DNA of 64,000 nt from Octopus vulgaris (taxonomy: Eukaryota), in the NCBI GenBank assembly GCA_951406725.2, contig OX597829.1, forward strand, positions 33,232,001 through 33,296,000, read 5' to 3'. The translations under genes and the position numbers were made by a program. How positions within the stretch are numbered: position 1 is the stretch's first letter; each line of letters opens with the position of its first letter. This document shows positions 38,036 through 50,979 of this stretch, piece after piece. The notes under the pieces are model-generated. The model was not told the DNA's origin and did not search any database. It saw nothing but the letters and a program-made list of their open reading frames with translations.

Positions 38036-39637
38036 ATAAGCATTCTCGTATATTCCATTTTCCGTCTAGCTCATTAATCAAACATAAATATATACACATA
38101 ATATATGTGTGAGGGTATATGGGTTGTATATGTGTGTTTATCCCTGAAAGGCTTTGAAACACTGTGTCCTCAAGAAAAACAAATTTAATTTTTTAAATCT
38201 GTGCTCCAAACTTTTAAATCAACAACTCTCCCACTATCAGTCTGTTACCACCAATCTATCTCTCTTTCTCTGTGTATATGTATCAACTCACATGCATTGC
38301 TTTCATTTTGTTTAAAATTTCGTCTTCTAATGTTTACCTCCATTTTATGACAGCTATTAAGCACAAATCCTGTTTTGAAAATTTTCACTTAATTTTGAAA
38401 TTTCAAAATCTGTGACTGCAACAGAAAAATCTCTCTCTATTTGTGTCTCCCTTTCATTTTTTACTTTTCTCATTTTTATCACACTATCTCACTTGGTATG
38501 TAAAAGATAATTTTATTTTAATAGCATTCTTTTTCTGTTAGTATATGCTCTTTTTCTTACACACACACGCACACAAAGACTTGCTTGATGTTAAAAATAA
38601 TCCAACAAGTTATACTTGATATTTTACCAACCTCACCAATACAGGAGGGGAGGATTAGGGTTATACTCTTGTGGTCTCTTAAAAGACCACACCACACTGG
38701 TCCCATTAGGTCCAGCACACTAATTCTGTCATCACTCTATCCCTTGGCTCATGTTGCTGCTGTTATTACTCTTGCACACATTACCTTGGTTATGATACAT
38801 CTCTCAAAATGCAGAGTACTCTTATTACTCAACCTGTTAATCAGCTTATCACTGTCAGTCCTGCTTTTATTTTATCCTTTATAATTCTCACTCAGTAAAG
38901 AGAGTGGTGAGTGAGCAGATATGGAATCAAGAGGTCCCCTTGGGTGTACCATGGTGTGCATACCTTTGTAGTATTTGTGTCATGAAAAACTACGCCCAGT
39001 ATCCTATGTAAAGTGTAAAGTTGAGAGGACTCTTTAGTCTTATCAAGGACATGACAACTTCCAAGTGATGGTAACTTGAAAAATACTTTCAGCACACTGT
39101 AAGATGGTTGGCCTTATGAGTAGCCAAATGTACAAACAAAGCCAAAAATGAAACCCACTAATGAGATGTGGTCCGCTAATCTATCTAAATGAACAGCACC
39201 TTCAACTATGTGCAAACTTAAACTGTAGTAATCCAATTAATCCATGCTAAGATGGAAAGTTGGGCCAACAAAACCTTGTAAGTGGATTTGGAAGATGGAA
39301 AATGAAAGAAGTCTATTGTGTATGTGTTTGTATGTATCTCCTAGTCTTGATACTGTGTATGCTGTAAATAAATGTAATTCATTTTCAATATTCTGTGAAA
39401 ACGTGTCTGGTTTTGGGGAAGGTGAGGACTGGTAACAGGAAGAGTATCCAGCTGTAGAAAATCTACCTCAATAAACTCTGTCTGATTCATGCAAGCAAAG
39501 CAAAGTGGATGTTAGAATGGTGATGACACATATATCTATGTACGTGGTTCACTCATTGGCACTAAAAATATTCAAATATGGTGCTTTTTTTATAGACAAA
39601 TCGGAAGTCAAAATTATCATCAGATTCAAAGTCTTAC

Positions 39638-40430
39638 CTTTTCTTTTGAGCTGTGATGTGTCGATGACGAACTAGGTGTAAGTCCAGCTACAACATTAGG
39701 TGGGGTTGTGGTATTAGCAGTAGCTGACATGGAATGTTGCATCGGCGAGAAGGCGAAATCCACAATCCTTCGAGGAGGATTAACATTTTGAGCATGGTGT
39801 GTGGCAGCGACTACACTTGCACCTGAATTCTTTGCACTTGCTGGTGTACCAGCTGCAGCGGGTGAATGGTGAACTTTTGCAGAACTGCTTTCGGGAGTTG
39901 AGTTTGTTGCAATCTGCATTGAAGGTATAACTATGGATGAAGATGATGGTGCACCAATTCTGCTGCTAGTGGCAGTACCTGTGGTAGTTGTGGTGGTGGT
40001 AGTAGTAACAGTGCTATTATTATTATTAATATTATTGTTATTATTGTTATTGTTGTTGTTACTGCTGCTGTAAGCAGCAGCCAGTATAGATGAGGAAGTG
40101 GAGGGTGCTGATGATGATGTTGAATGCAGTGCACGTGATCGTGTTGGCAGCACTGCAGTGCTAGTTACAGCTGAACGGTGTGGTCCTGTACCACTGCTTG
40201 TCCCCGAAGAAGTACAACTTGTAGAGAGTGAGCCACTGGAGCGGAGGTGTGGTTGGAAAACGGTAGCTGGTGGAGGTGCTGGTGGTGGTGTGTCAGCATT
40301 GCCACTGCATGGAGGTGGTGGTGAGCTGAAGAACATTGAGCTAGGGGAATCACTTATATCTGATGACAATGAAGGTGAAGAAGGCATATCCTTCGTTCTA
40401 GAGTGGGCTGCACCAAAATAATTTGCAGAT
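39638..40430 (-). CDS. SH3RF1: SH3RF1/POSH large low-complexity exon
   Basis: ag|A-SANYFGAAHSRTKDMPSSP...HHSSKEK|gtaaga; 793 nt open with phases 2 and 0. Confidence 0.9.
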
Positions 40431-42029
40431 CTACAAAAGAGACGATGATAATAATAATAATAATAGCAATAATAATAATAACAACCACAACAATAATAAT
40501 AAGAGAAAAGGGTTTCTTATTTAGGCCAACAACTTTGAAAAGATAAGTTTTGTTGATTCTGCTAACCCCAGTACTCGACTGGTATTTTATTTTATTGACC
40601 TTGAAAGGATGAAAAGCAAAGTTCACGAGGGTAAGATATAAACTCAGGACAAGGCATTTTGCCTGATGACCTAACAATACTGTTGATCCACTAACCTAAA
40701 ATAATAAGGGATTTGAAGAGAGAGAGGGGAGGAGGAAGGAGTGAATAACCCAAAGCAATTTATCTGTCTCTAACAACTCTGATAATCAACTGCTATGTAT
40801 GAATAATTATAATGATGATGATGATAATAATAATCCTTTCTATTATAGATACAAGGGACCTAAAATTTTGGGGGAAGTGTTAGTTGATTACATCAACTCC
40901 AGTGCTCAACTCGTATTTATTTTTAATTGATCTTAAAAGGATGAAATCAAAGGTAACCTCAGCAGAATTTGAACTTGGGACATACAGACGGACAAAATGC
41001 TGCTAAGCATAAAGCATATAGTCCAGCACATTAATAATTCTGCCAACTTCCCTTATAATTATAATAATAATCAGCTGCGAAAGTTGTATATACTCAAGAA
41101 AATAATTTGTGGGTGGGGGTATATCAAGAGAACCTTTGCTGGTTCAGGTGAGAATATCTAGTATAGTCAGGTCAGTTATTTGAGTGGAGACAGATGAGTA
41201 CAAAGAATAAAATAGTAAGATGAAAGAAAATGGAATGGAAAAAAGATATAAGGGCACTTTGTGAGAGAAGTGAGTAGTAATACAGAAGCTGATGGAAGGT
41301 GGCACTGACTAAGGAAGATTGGTTTGAAGCTAGAGACATAAAAGTAAAGCTGACCATGGCAAAATTTGAAATCAGAATTACTGCATGGATGCTGGAAGGA
41401 TGAACAGCAAACACCCAAGCAGAGTTTGAATTTTGTGGTAGCTAGATATTGCAAAGGCATGTCTGATACTCAACTGATTCTACCAATCCACAGTATGAAT
41501 AACAATAGCAACAGCAAAGGAGTTCTGTTGATATTAGGGGCCTAGGGTTAGTGAGTGGCAGGTGCAAAAGGCAAAAATCATCAATGGAACTAACTAAACT
41601 GAAAAATATATGTATTTAGCTTGGTTTTCTTCTGTTTTCCACATCTTTACATCTATTTACAATAATAACCAAACAAGGTTCTTTGCTACAAGACATGCGG
41701 AAAACATCAGCCAAATCTCCCTCAAATCATATCTGGCTCCTTTACGTAAGGAAGCATATTGAATAATATAGTCTATAGTTGTAGCATGCATGAGATATAT
41801 GAGATAACATACATACTAGGTCTACTACACACTCTAAAAGTAAGAGTCAGCAAAGGAACTTGTTTGTTAGAAATATAAGTCAAATCTTCTTCAAATCACA
41901 CTGTATTGCCTTACAAAGACAATTAGATACATGATATCTGAATAATTGGCTGAAATGTTTTTGATTACAGGAGTGCTTGATTGAGTTTGACTTGGACCTA
42001 AATAACAATAACAATCAGATACTCTTTAC

Positions 42030-42197
42030 CTGGAAATTTGAACATAGTTCCCTGGGAAAACTCCACTGATTCCAGTTTTCAAACAACAACCTTTATACCA
42101 GCCATCTTGGCATTTTTCGGTAACAGTGTACTGATCACCTTTATGTAACTCAACTTCATCATCTTTCTGCGGCTTGTAATTGTAAAGAGCCGAATAT
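42030..42197 (-). CDS. SH3RF1: SH3RF1/POSH exon (SH3-3)
   Basis: YSALYNYKPQKDDEVELHKGDQYTVTEKCQDGWYKGCCLKTGISGVFPGNYVQIS; ag/gt boundaries. Confidence 0.95.
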
Positions 42198-43858
42198 CTG
42201 AAAGAGACAAGGAGATAAGAGAAGAATTTAATACAGGTACATGTAACACACAGTTCTGTACTTTATCATCTCTTATGAACAACATACTATCAAAACACTG
42301 CAAGTTGCTGGAGATCTAACACAATTAACATAGCAAAAGTGCATACCAAAAACAAGCCTGCTTCTTCAGTCCAGAAAACACTGCAGCTATAATCAGTTAC
42401 CAGCCTTCTACAAAGCTCAAATAACACCCATAATGGGATAAAGGCTAAAGGGTGGTGTTGCTGTAACTACTCAGTATTGAAAAGAAAGCCACTAGTTTAC
42501 AAAGAAACATTACAACCATTAGCTCATATGTATCTATACTGTCTCTTCACTCTACCATTTCTATCTCTACCTTTAATGGTATCTACCTGCCTGCCTACCT
42601 GCATACATACATACATATATCTCAGAGAACTAATCATGTACTGCACACTCATTAGTACAACTTAAGCCTTAAGTCTCACAATGAGCTTTCCTGGTGACAA
42701 ACAAATACACCTAAAACTGGATTCCAAATACTAAGCTTTCTCTTTAGGACTGCAAAATACTTTAGACCTGATTAAGTTGCTGATCTACAAAGCCTCATGT
42801 AAAACTCATACTGGGCTACTGATGCAACATTTGGATGGTGCAACAGCTACACACACACACACACACGTCTCAGTTTACATATAAAAAGGAGACCATGTCT
42901 TACTAACCAACACAGAATAAAATTGACAGTAGTTTTATAAATTTTTTCTTACTCTTTTAATTTTCATCACACAGAGCACACCTATGATCAAAAGCAGTTA
43001 CTAACCCATTTTATTTCTTAAGGATGACATTGTACAATGTGACATAGTTTTTTAAAAAACAATTGGGTGTAATTGGAGAGAGATTTCATGAAGTATAGAT
43101 TATTTTACAAATAACTCAAGACAGGTGCAACGTTTTCAACAAGAAATAACCTCCTAAACCAAATTATGAATAATTAACATGGTCACCCGGCAAATGATAA
43201 GTGGATAAAGTGTTATCAGTACCTATTACTCTCTTTCTATTGTTAAAATTGATGAATATGATATCTAATATTACTATATATTGATACAGGATGTTGTTAT
43301 ATAATTTCAGGAAGTTCAGTTGAAGCAGAAGATTAACCTATGCAATGCAATTTAGATGTGTGTATATGTGTGTGTGTGAGTACATTGTGTATAAAAGAGA
43401 CAGAGTGTATGTGTAGTAATGCTACATCACTCCATAGACAGGATCAAGAACTCCTTTGTGGGTTGTACTTGAGCTTATAGAATGCAGAGAGCCAGAAAAT
43501 GTGATGGCCAGCACTTTTAGTAACTTTTGAAGATTTAATTGCTTTGTTAATGACTATGTTACCTATGTAGGTTTTATGGAGGTGGGGAGAATAGAGGTAA
43601 GTCTTGACAGAGAGAGAGCAATAATTAGCAAGAAAAAGAAAAGAAGAGGCAATAAGAGAGTGGAGCTAATTAGCAATGAGAGAAAGAGAGAGAGAGAGAG
43701 AGATAATTATCACAAAGAAAGAGAAAGAGAGCTAATTAGCAAAGGAAAGAGAAGTAATTAGGAAGAAAAGAGAGTAAGATGATTAGCATGAAAAGAGAAA
43801 GAGGTAAATATATCAAAATAAAGATGGTATATTGAGAGTAAAATTATATATTCCTTAC

Positions 43859-43950
43859 ATGACATTCTTTCCAAAATGTGGTGGACTGGCTGCATTGATC
43901 TCTGCACTGCTTGGCTTTCCCTCTTCTCCAGACTTATTACCATAAGTGTC
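43859..43950 (-). CDS. SH3RF1: SH3RF1/POSH linker exon
   Basis: ag|DTYGNKSGEEGKPSSAEINAASPPHFGKNV-AT|gtaagg; supplies the required phase 0-to-2 bridge. Confidence 0.85.
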
Positions 43951-44854
43951 CTGAAATTGGATGAAAATGTGAGATGGTACAAAATATTTGTGAATGGTTT
44001 GTACATATAGAAGTTCAATGCATTATCTTTGGCAAGTTGTTAGTAATAAGATGCCTTTTCCAACTTTTTAACCTCATCTTAGCAATTTGTTTATGAAGAT
44101 TTAGTTGCTTCCATTAAGCATGTCATATTACAGGACTGAGTTATCTCTATTTTAAAGAGTAAAGAGTTAATTGAAGGAGATCTGGTTTTATTATTGTACA
44201 TGTGAAAAGACTACATTGAAGCCTCATGACTAGTTTAAAGTTAATATGTTGTGGTTTAATGAGATACATTGAGAATATTGAAACATTGAGAAAAGTAACG
44301 TGAATAGACAGAAAATCTCTTTCTGGCTCACACACTCGCAATTTTAAAGCATTCAAATTACTCTGTCAAATGTAATGCTTACTAATTCACATTATTTTGA
44401 ATTAATCACGACTTATATTGTAGCTTTGAAATTTTGATGGTGTGATTGTTTATTTTTAGAGTGACATTGTAGGATAAGGTGTAAGAGGCTGGGTCTGGTC
44501 AGTTTGAACATAAATGGGCAGAATATTTGGGTTGGCTATGGGCAGAATATTTGGGTTGGCTATGGCCAGTTTAAATACTAGGATTAAGGGAGAATATAGC
44601 TGTTATACTAAATAGGTCAAGAAACATAAAATAATGGTGATAAAGTGTCTAGGTGGAACTTTCAAGTAGAAGGTGAGTAGAAGTGGATGGAGGAAGAAGA
44701 GCCAGGTACATGGGTGAGTAGCAGTTGCAAAAGTGAATGGAAGAGTGAGGGAAGGAAATGGAAGGGGTGAATATAATGAATGAAGAACAAGTGTTCAAGG
44801 CTGATAAGTAGATGAAGCAGGGAATAAACCAAAAATTTATATTCTTATGTAGTA

Positions 44855-44893
<39 letters not shown>

Positions 44894-44998
44894 CTAATTT
44901 GGATTGCATTATTAAATAAGTCTTTCCTTATTTTTAAGAGACTCATGTGTGATTTGAAAGAGATTTTAATTAGATTTAAAAGAAAAAAACATATTTAC

Positions 44999-45425
44999 CA
45001 AATGGGGCACAAGTTTTGCAGGATTCATACTGGAAGAACAGCTTGCTGGGGCTGGAGGTGGAGGCAAAGTGACATGTAATGGAGAATTTAACGGCAAGGC
45101 TCCAGAGCTTGGAGATAGTTCTAGAGATCTTCGCTGTTGGATTGTAGGTGAAGAACCTGCAGAATGGGTATGTGATGTAGCTGTGAACGAGTGCCTCTTC
45201 TGCATTGCAGCAAGTGAAGAATTTGGTGGCAGTGGTGGTGCTGAAGTCGCAGCAGCTGCAGCAGAAGTACTCGATGGTGGAGGAAGGGCTACACGCTGTT
45301 GCTGGTAGTGATACCATAGCTTCTGGAATTGTAAACTTTGACGAGCAGAAGGTGAGGGCGTAGATGTTGTCCTACTGCTTCCAGCAGTACTTGAATTTCC
45401 TTCCGAGGAAGTAGACACTGAGCGA
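44999..45425 (-). CDS. SH3RF1: SH3RF1/POSH exon with the KRHSF (Akt-site-like) and RRSLELSP (Rac-binding-region-like) motifs
   Basis: cag|T-RSVSTSSEG...QKRHSFTA...QRRSLELSP...VPHL|gtaaat. Confidence 0.9.
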
Positions 45426-47307
45426 CTGAGTTGTAAAAGTGAAGAAAAAAAGAAAACAATTTCAAATTCTAAATGATGGAGAAAAACTGCAATGTTAATT
45501 TATTATGATATTCATCATTATTCTAGTATCAACTGTTTAACCCTGGTCAAGCTTGACCTAGAAAACCTATGATCAAAGCTATTCCAGTCATGACCCATCT
45601 ATCTTATGTTCAGATACAGTGGACATATTATTATCCAATATGTCCTTCCTTATTATTGCTTAGCTTCAGGTTAGCCTAGTTTCAGCAGGCCTATGACCAG
45701 AGGTGTTCTAACCATGACCATCCCATCTTATTCAACAAAATTGGTTACTTCATTTTTGTATCTGGTTTGCAAGATTCTTTATGTGAATTCATATGTTGGA
45801 ATAAAAAATAAAAAATAAATGAGTAGAAACTGAACTGGTGAATGTGTTACATATTAAGGTGTTAAGGCAGTGTGACTCTCCCCAGACACAACAAAGATAT
45901 TGGTTAATTACTAAGAATAGCAGGATAGACTATGACACATATAAATATCATATACTCTTATATCCAACGTGGTAAATGTACTATTGCAATTCAGTATAAG
46001 TGACTATAATAAACCCACGAATCAAATCAATTCTGTCAGTAAGTTGGTTGCTTTTTTCTGTTTGAAAGAGCATTTATAATTTCTGATATCATTTTAACAG
46101 GGCAACTATTAATCCTTACATAAACTTTTTTTTTTAAATTCAGAAGTTTGAGTCTCTATGGAATAAACTACTCTGTCAGTCATTAATATTAACTTACAAG
46201 TCAGCTTCTGCATAGACACTTGACATGCAAGAAACAGCAGTCAAATCTCCCTCAAAATCCTACCATACCATTTTGGAAAGTATATATTAAATAAAGTAGC
46301 CTGGGTATAATATGCTTAAAAAAATGGGATGATCAGGAATGGTTTGCTTGATCAAAAGATGAGCTAGGTTTAAACAAAATAAATAATTAGAAGATTCATA
46401 TATGTTAGTAAATTGAGAGTGAGTAGTAATCTATAGAGTTATGGATTATTACTCACTCAGTTTACAAATATAATTTCATTTAGTTTGATGCCATGTACAT
46501 ATCCAAGAATAAAAGACCTGATGATGATTGAAGATCAAACCAAGCAAAATATAATGTGGATATCCTCTTTCTCATCATCATCATCATTTAACACCCTTTT
46601 TCCATGCTGGCAAGGATTGGATAGTTTGGCAGTAATTGATGAGCCAGAGGGCTGTGTCAGACTCCAATGTCTGCTTTGGCAAGGTTTCTGCAACTTGATG
46701 CCCTTTTTACTTTTCATCACTAAAGATGAGGTTAATAGTGTAAAGAACTGATTAATTGTATTCCTTAAGATACAAGTAAATGAGAAAGCTTCTACATTTT
46801 CATTCAACTTGAAAGAAATAGCAACCAAATCTCAGTTAAATCATACCTTATTGTCACTAGAAAAAAAACTCAATAAATGATGTAGTTATAAATACATTGT
46901 ACTTGAAAAATGTAAAAAAAAAAAACACGGGATGGTCATGCTGGAATAACTTTAATAACAAGTTCACTAAATCAGGATCAAGTAACAACAGGAATTAAGG
47001 ACACATAACATTGAATATAAGGTACTTTTTAATACACTGAACAAAAGCTGGAATGTTCAAGGTTAGAACATGCTTGATTATGAATAGGTCTGCTGAACCC
47101 AGACCAAGGAGCTAAGCAACAACAAGAATTAAGGAAGGACATACTAAAAATAATGTGCAGAATCCTTGATTACACAGAGGTCTGCTGGATCAAGACCGAC
47201 AGGGAAAACAACAACAAGTAGGAGTCACCTCAGTTTTTATATAATTAATAGAAATATATAAGAAAGCAACATCATTTTAAAATTTCCAATAAAAGTAGGG
47301 TACCTAC

Positions 47308-47348
47308 CTAGTTCTTGAAGAAACCAGAAGCTTTGCAGCCTCATTTAG
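47308..47348 (-). CDS. SH3RF1: SH3RF1/POSH 41-nt exon after SH3-2
   Basis: cag|LNEAAKLLVSSRT-AG|gtaggt; resembles the xNxAAK helix that follows POSH SH3-2. Confidence 0.88.
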
Positions 47349-47744
47349 CTGTCAAAAGAAAAAGAATAAGGCAAGATGAAAATGATATAGATTACTGTCT
47401 CTTTCTTCTATTATTCCCTTCTCTACCACTCTCTCATTCCAACTACACTTTCCCCCACCCCACTGTACACATGCTTCTTTCAGCCTCTCTGGTTCACTCT
47501 TTTTTCAATTCACATTTGTGATTATGTTGCTTTGGACAAAAACACTGTTGAGTAGTGAGGATCCTTCAGTCTTAGTGGGTGCAAGGCAACTTCACTAGTG
47601 ATGGTACCATGATAAAATGTACGAATCACGGAATGTAAGAAGTGGCTGGTGCTAGGAAGAGCATCCAGGTGTAGAAACCATCCCAAAAATGAAATTTATG
47701 AGTGAGACGTGTCTGACTCGTGGAAAGTAGATGTAAAATGGTAA

Positions 47745-47905
47745 CACGGAGTGGTTGGCGTTAGGAAGGGCATCCAGCCGTAGAAACACTGCCAGATTTG
47801 ACTGGGCCTGATGAAGCCTTCTGGCTTCACAGACCCCAGTAGAACCGTCCAACCCATGCTAGCATGGAAAACGGACGCTAAACGATGATGATGATGATGA
47901 TGATG
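47745..47905 (+). mobile_element. Young RTE 3' tail copy
   Basis: Near-identical to 52803-52960. Confidence 0.88.
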
Positions 47906-48962
47906 CATGAACACATAATCATCACCACTGAATTTTCTCCTGCCAGGTGCCCTTCCTGTTTCCAAGTAAGGTAATATTTTCCAATGACCAATTATAGCTT
48001 CATGGAAGACTCAGAACAAAGCACACTGCTTGCTGACACTCATTTACAACTATCACACAAAGACAAGGTATAGAGACAGTAACACATACACATATACAAA
48101 TGCACACACACATACAGACAGGCATCTTTCAGTTTTCATCAATCAAATCCACTGACATGGCTTTGTTCGACTTGGGTTATAGTAGGAGATACTTCTCCAA
48201 GGTGTTATGTAGTAGAACTGAACCTGAAACCAGGAAGCAAACTTCTTGCCACATAGCCTGTGCCTATTCATAATGTGTGTGAAGGAGTAAGCATTTTAAA
48301 TGGTTCAGCCAGTAGAAAAAAGCCCTTTGAGATGGGCAACATTGATATCATTGATGTCTAAACTGAATGACTGAAGGGACTGAAAAGGAGATAAGGAGAG
48401 AATCGATACAGTTCAGGGTTGTGTGCGTATGTGCATGTGTGTGTATGGGAGGAGATGGACTGAATGAAATGGTTAGTGGTGAGTCTAACCTGTGAGATAC
48501 AATATGAGTGATGAGAGGAAGAGAGAGACTGGTGCACAGCTTAGGTAAAGGTTCTATGTAAGTTGCTAGTTTAGAGGTGTAGAGTCCATAGAGTAGTCTT
48601 AGTGTTTTGGATATAGTTTAGAATGCTTGTGTGTAACAATAGATGCTGGAGTATTCTGATATGGTTTTTACTTGAGCATTTTAGACACTTGCCAACTGGA
48701 TTATTTTCTGACCCTAAAAATAAAAGACTAATCTTTGGGGTGTGGCTCACAATATCTAAAAGTGGCAGAGGAACTGTTGCAGATGTGGGAGCAGTATTCC
48801 ACTATGGGATTTACTTCAATTTTTCCTTTTTTAACAAAGTTCAAGGTGCCATATTATAATGTACAACACATTCTATTTGCTACTCATACAATACCAGTGT
48901 TATCAGATCCATGTATTCTGTGTAGCATGAGAGAAAGAGAGAATATTATTTGTAGTTATTAC

Positions 48963-49058
48963 CTCAACAAATGAAGTGGGAAAAATTCCAATTTTGTCTC
49001 CTCTTCTTCCTTCCAACCAGTTGTCATCAACTTTCCTAATTAACTGAAGTACTTCATC
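48963..49058 (-). CDS. SH3RF1: SH3RF1/POSH exon (SH3-2 C-terminal half)
   Basis: ag|[32 protein letters not shown]|gtaat. Confidence 0.95.
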
Positions 49059-49366
49059 CTACAAAAAATCAACAAGCAAGAAATTCACAAAAATTTACTT
49101 TATCTTCAATAAAGTTAATAGAAAAATTTTGTTTGTGAAACGTTATGCAATCCTAGTATGTATACTAGTCATGTACTAAACAAATTATATATCAAATACC
49201 AGAGTTGATGTGAATGTCTCTGTCTAGTTACTTGGTCTGTTAAGATGATCTAAAGCAAATCACACCCTATTGTCTTAATAATATAGTTAATTCCAAGGAT
49301 ACAATAAAATACACATATACTAAATAACACACAAACACACACACTAAGTCTTGAATAGATTTGGTA

Positions 49367-50530
49367 CATCATCATCATCATCATTGTTTAACATCTAACT
49401 CCCATGTATGCATATGTAGGACGGTTGACAGGAGCCAGCCAAGTGGAAGACTATCCCAGGCTACTGTGTTTGTTTTGATAGGGTTTTTATGGTTGGATGC
49501 CCTTCCTAACACCAACCACTCCACAGAGTGGACTAAGTGTTTTTTATGTGGCATTAGCATGGGCAAGGTAAATTTTGGCATGATTTTTACAACTGGATGC
49601 CCTTCCAAATGCTAACCACTTTACAGTGTAGATTGGATGCTTTTATTTGGCACCAGCACTGGCAGGGTCATCAGGTAACTTTCAAGACAAGGAATTTTGA
49701 GACAAGGGGCTTTGGAGGAGGGATCTTGTGTCAGCTGATGAAAGGTTAGAGAGCGACAGAGAAATAGGGAGGCAGAAACAGGAGGTACATGGTTATATGA
49801 CGAGAGCAATGAAGCAAGGTGAGAGAGAGAAGAGAGACAGGAGAGGAAGAGAGTGAGAGAGTGAGAGGAAGAGAGAGAGAGAGGGGGGTACAAGAAAGAG
49901 GACAGAAATAGATGTGATGGCAGAGTAAGGAAGAGAGAGATAAATGGCAGTAATTATCAGAGCATGCCCTCAAGGTGTGGGGATCATAATATACATGGTC
50001 AGGTATTGCCAAGGTGTGAGTAGAGTGAGGGGATTGCAGTGACTGGCGAAAACCTGGGTATAAAGATGGGGTGGGAGGAAAGCAGCAATAGAGTGAGCAG
50101 GGCAGGGAAGGGGAGTGGGAGACAATCATAGTTTATGAAGAGGAAATGTGAGGAAAAGTAAGATACAGTTTAGAAGAGATGTAGATTGGTTTCTTGGGTA
50201 GGGTGCGTGAAAAGTTTATTGTTACATGTGGGTGAGACACAACACTTCTAGCACTCAGTTTTGCTGATGTGGTGGGTCTTCTTTAGAACCTCATAATCCA
50301 AACATTTCAGTCCATTGTCATTTCCTCCATGAGCCCTAACATTCTGAGATCAGTCCTCACCATTTCATGCCATGTCTTCCTGGGTCTCCCTCCTCCACAG
50401 GTACCATCAACTTTCAGTGGTAGGCATTTTTGTATACAGCTGTCTTGACTCATATGCATCACATGCCCAAACCAACACAGTCTCCTCTCCTGCATGCTAC
50501 ATTTAATCCCTCTAATGCTTAACTTTTTCA
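49367..50530 (-). mobile_element. Old RTE subfamily 3' end with a long 3'UTR
   Basis: MQERRLCWFGHV...GGGRPRKTW; reverse homologue of 53500-55030. Confidence 0.82.
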
Positions 50531-50979
50531 CTCAACACAGTTGAATGAAACTTATTAGGGCAGTATTCTGCAGCTGGATGCCCCTCCTGTTGTCAATCCT
50601 TGCTTTTCAAGTAATATATCTTTTATTCCACTGGTCATTGCATGTTGAAACTTCTGACATATTGTGTACAGGAAACATAAACATCATCACCACTCAAGTG
50701 GTATCAATGCAAAGACACACACACACACACATGTACTTATGTGTGAATCATGCATCTATATATTAATCATGCATCTATATATTAGTAACAAAAGGACTCT
50801 CTCTCAGAGTGAAAAGTAGACTGAATGATGCCTGTGTGCCGATGGCTATACTCCATGAAAGTATACAATATACAACCTGGTATATTGTATATACCAGGTT
50901 GTATATACAATACAACCTGGTATAGTCTGGTATCTATCTTTCCACCCTGAAGATTGAGGCCAGATTTACCTAATGTTTT

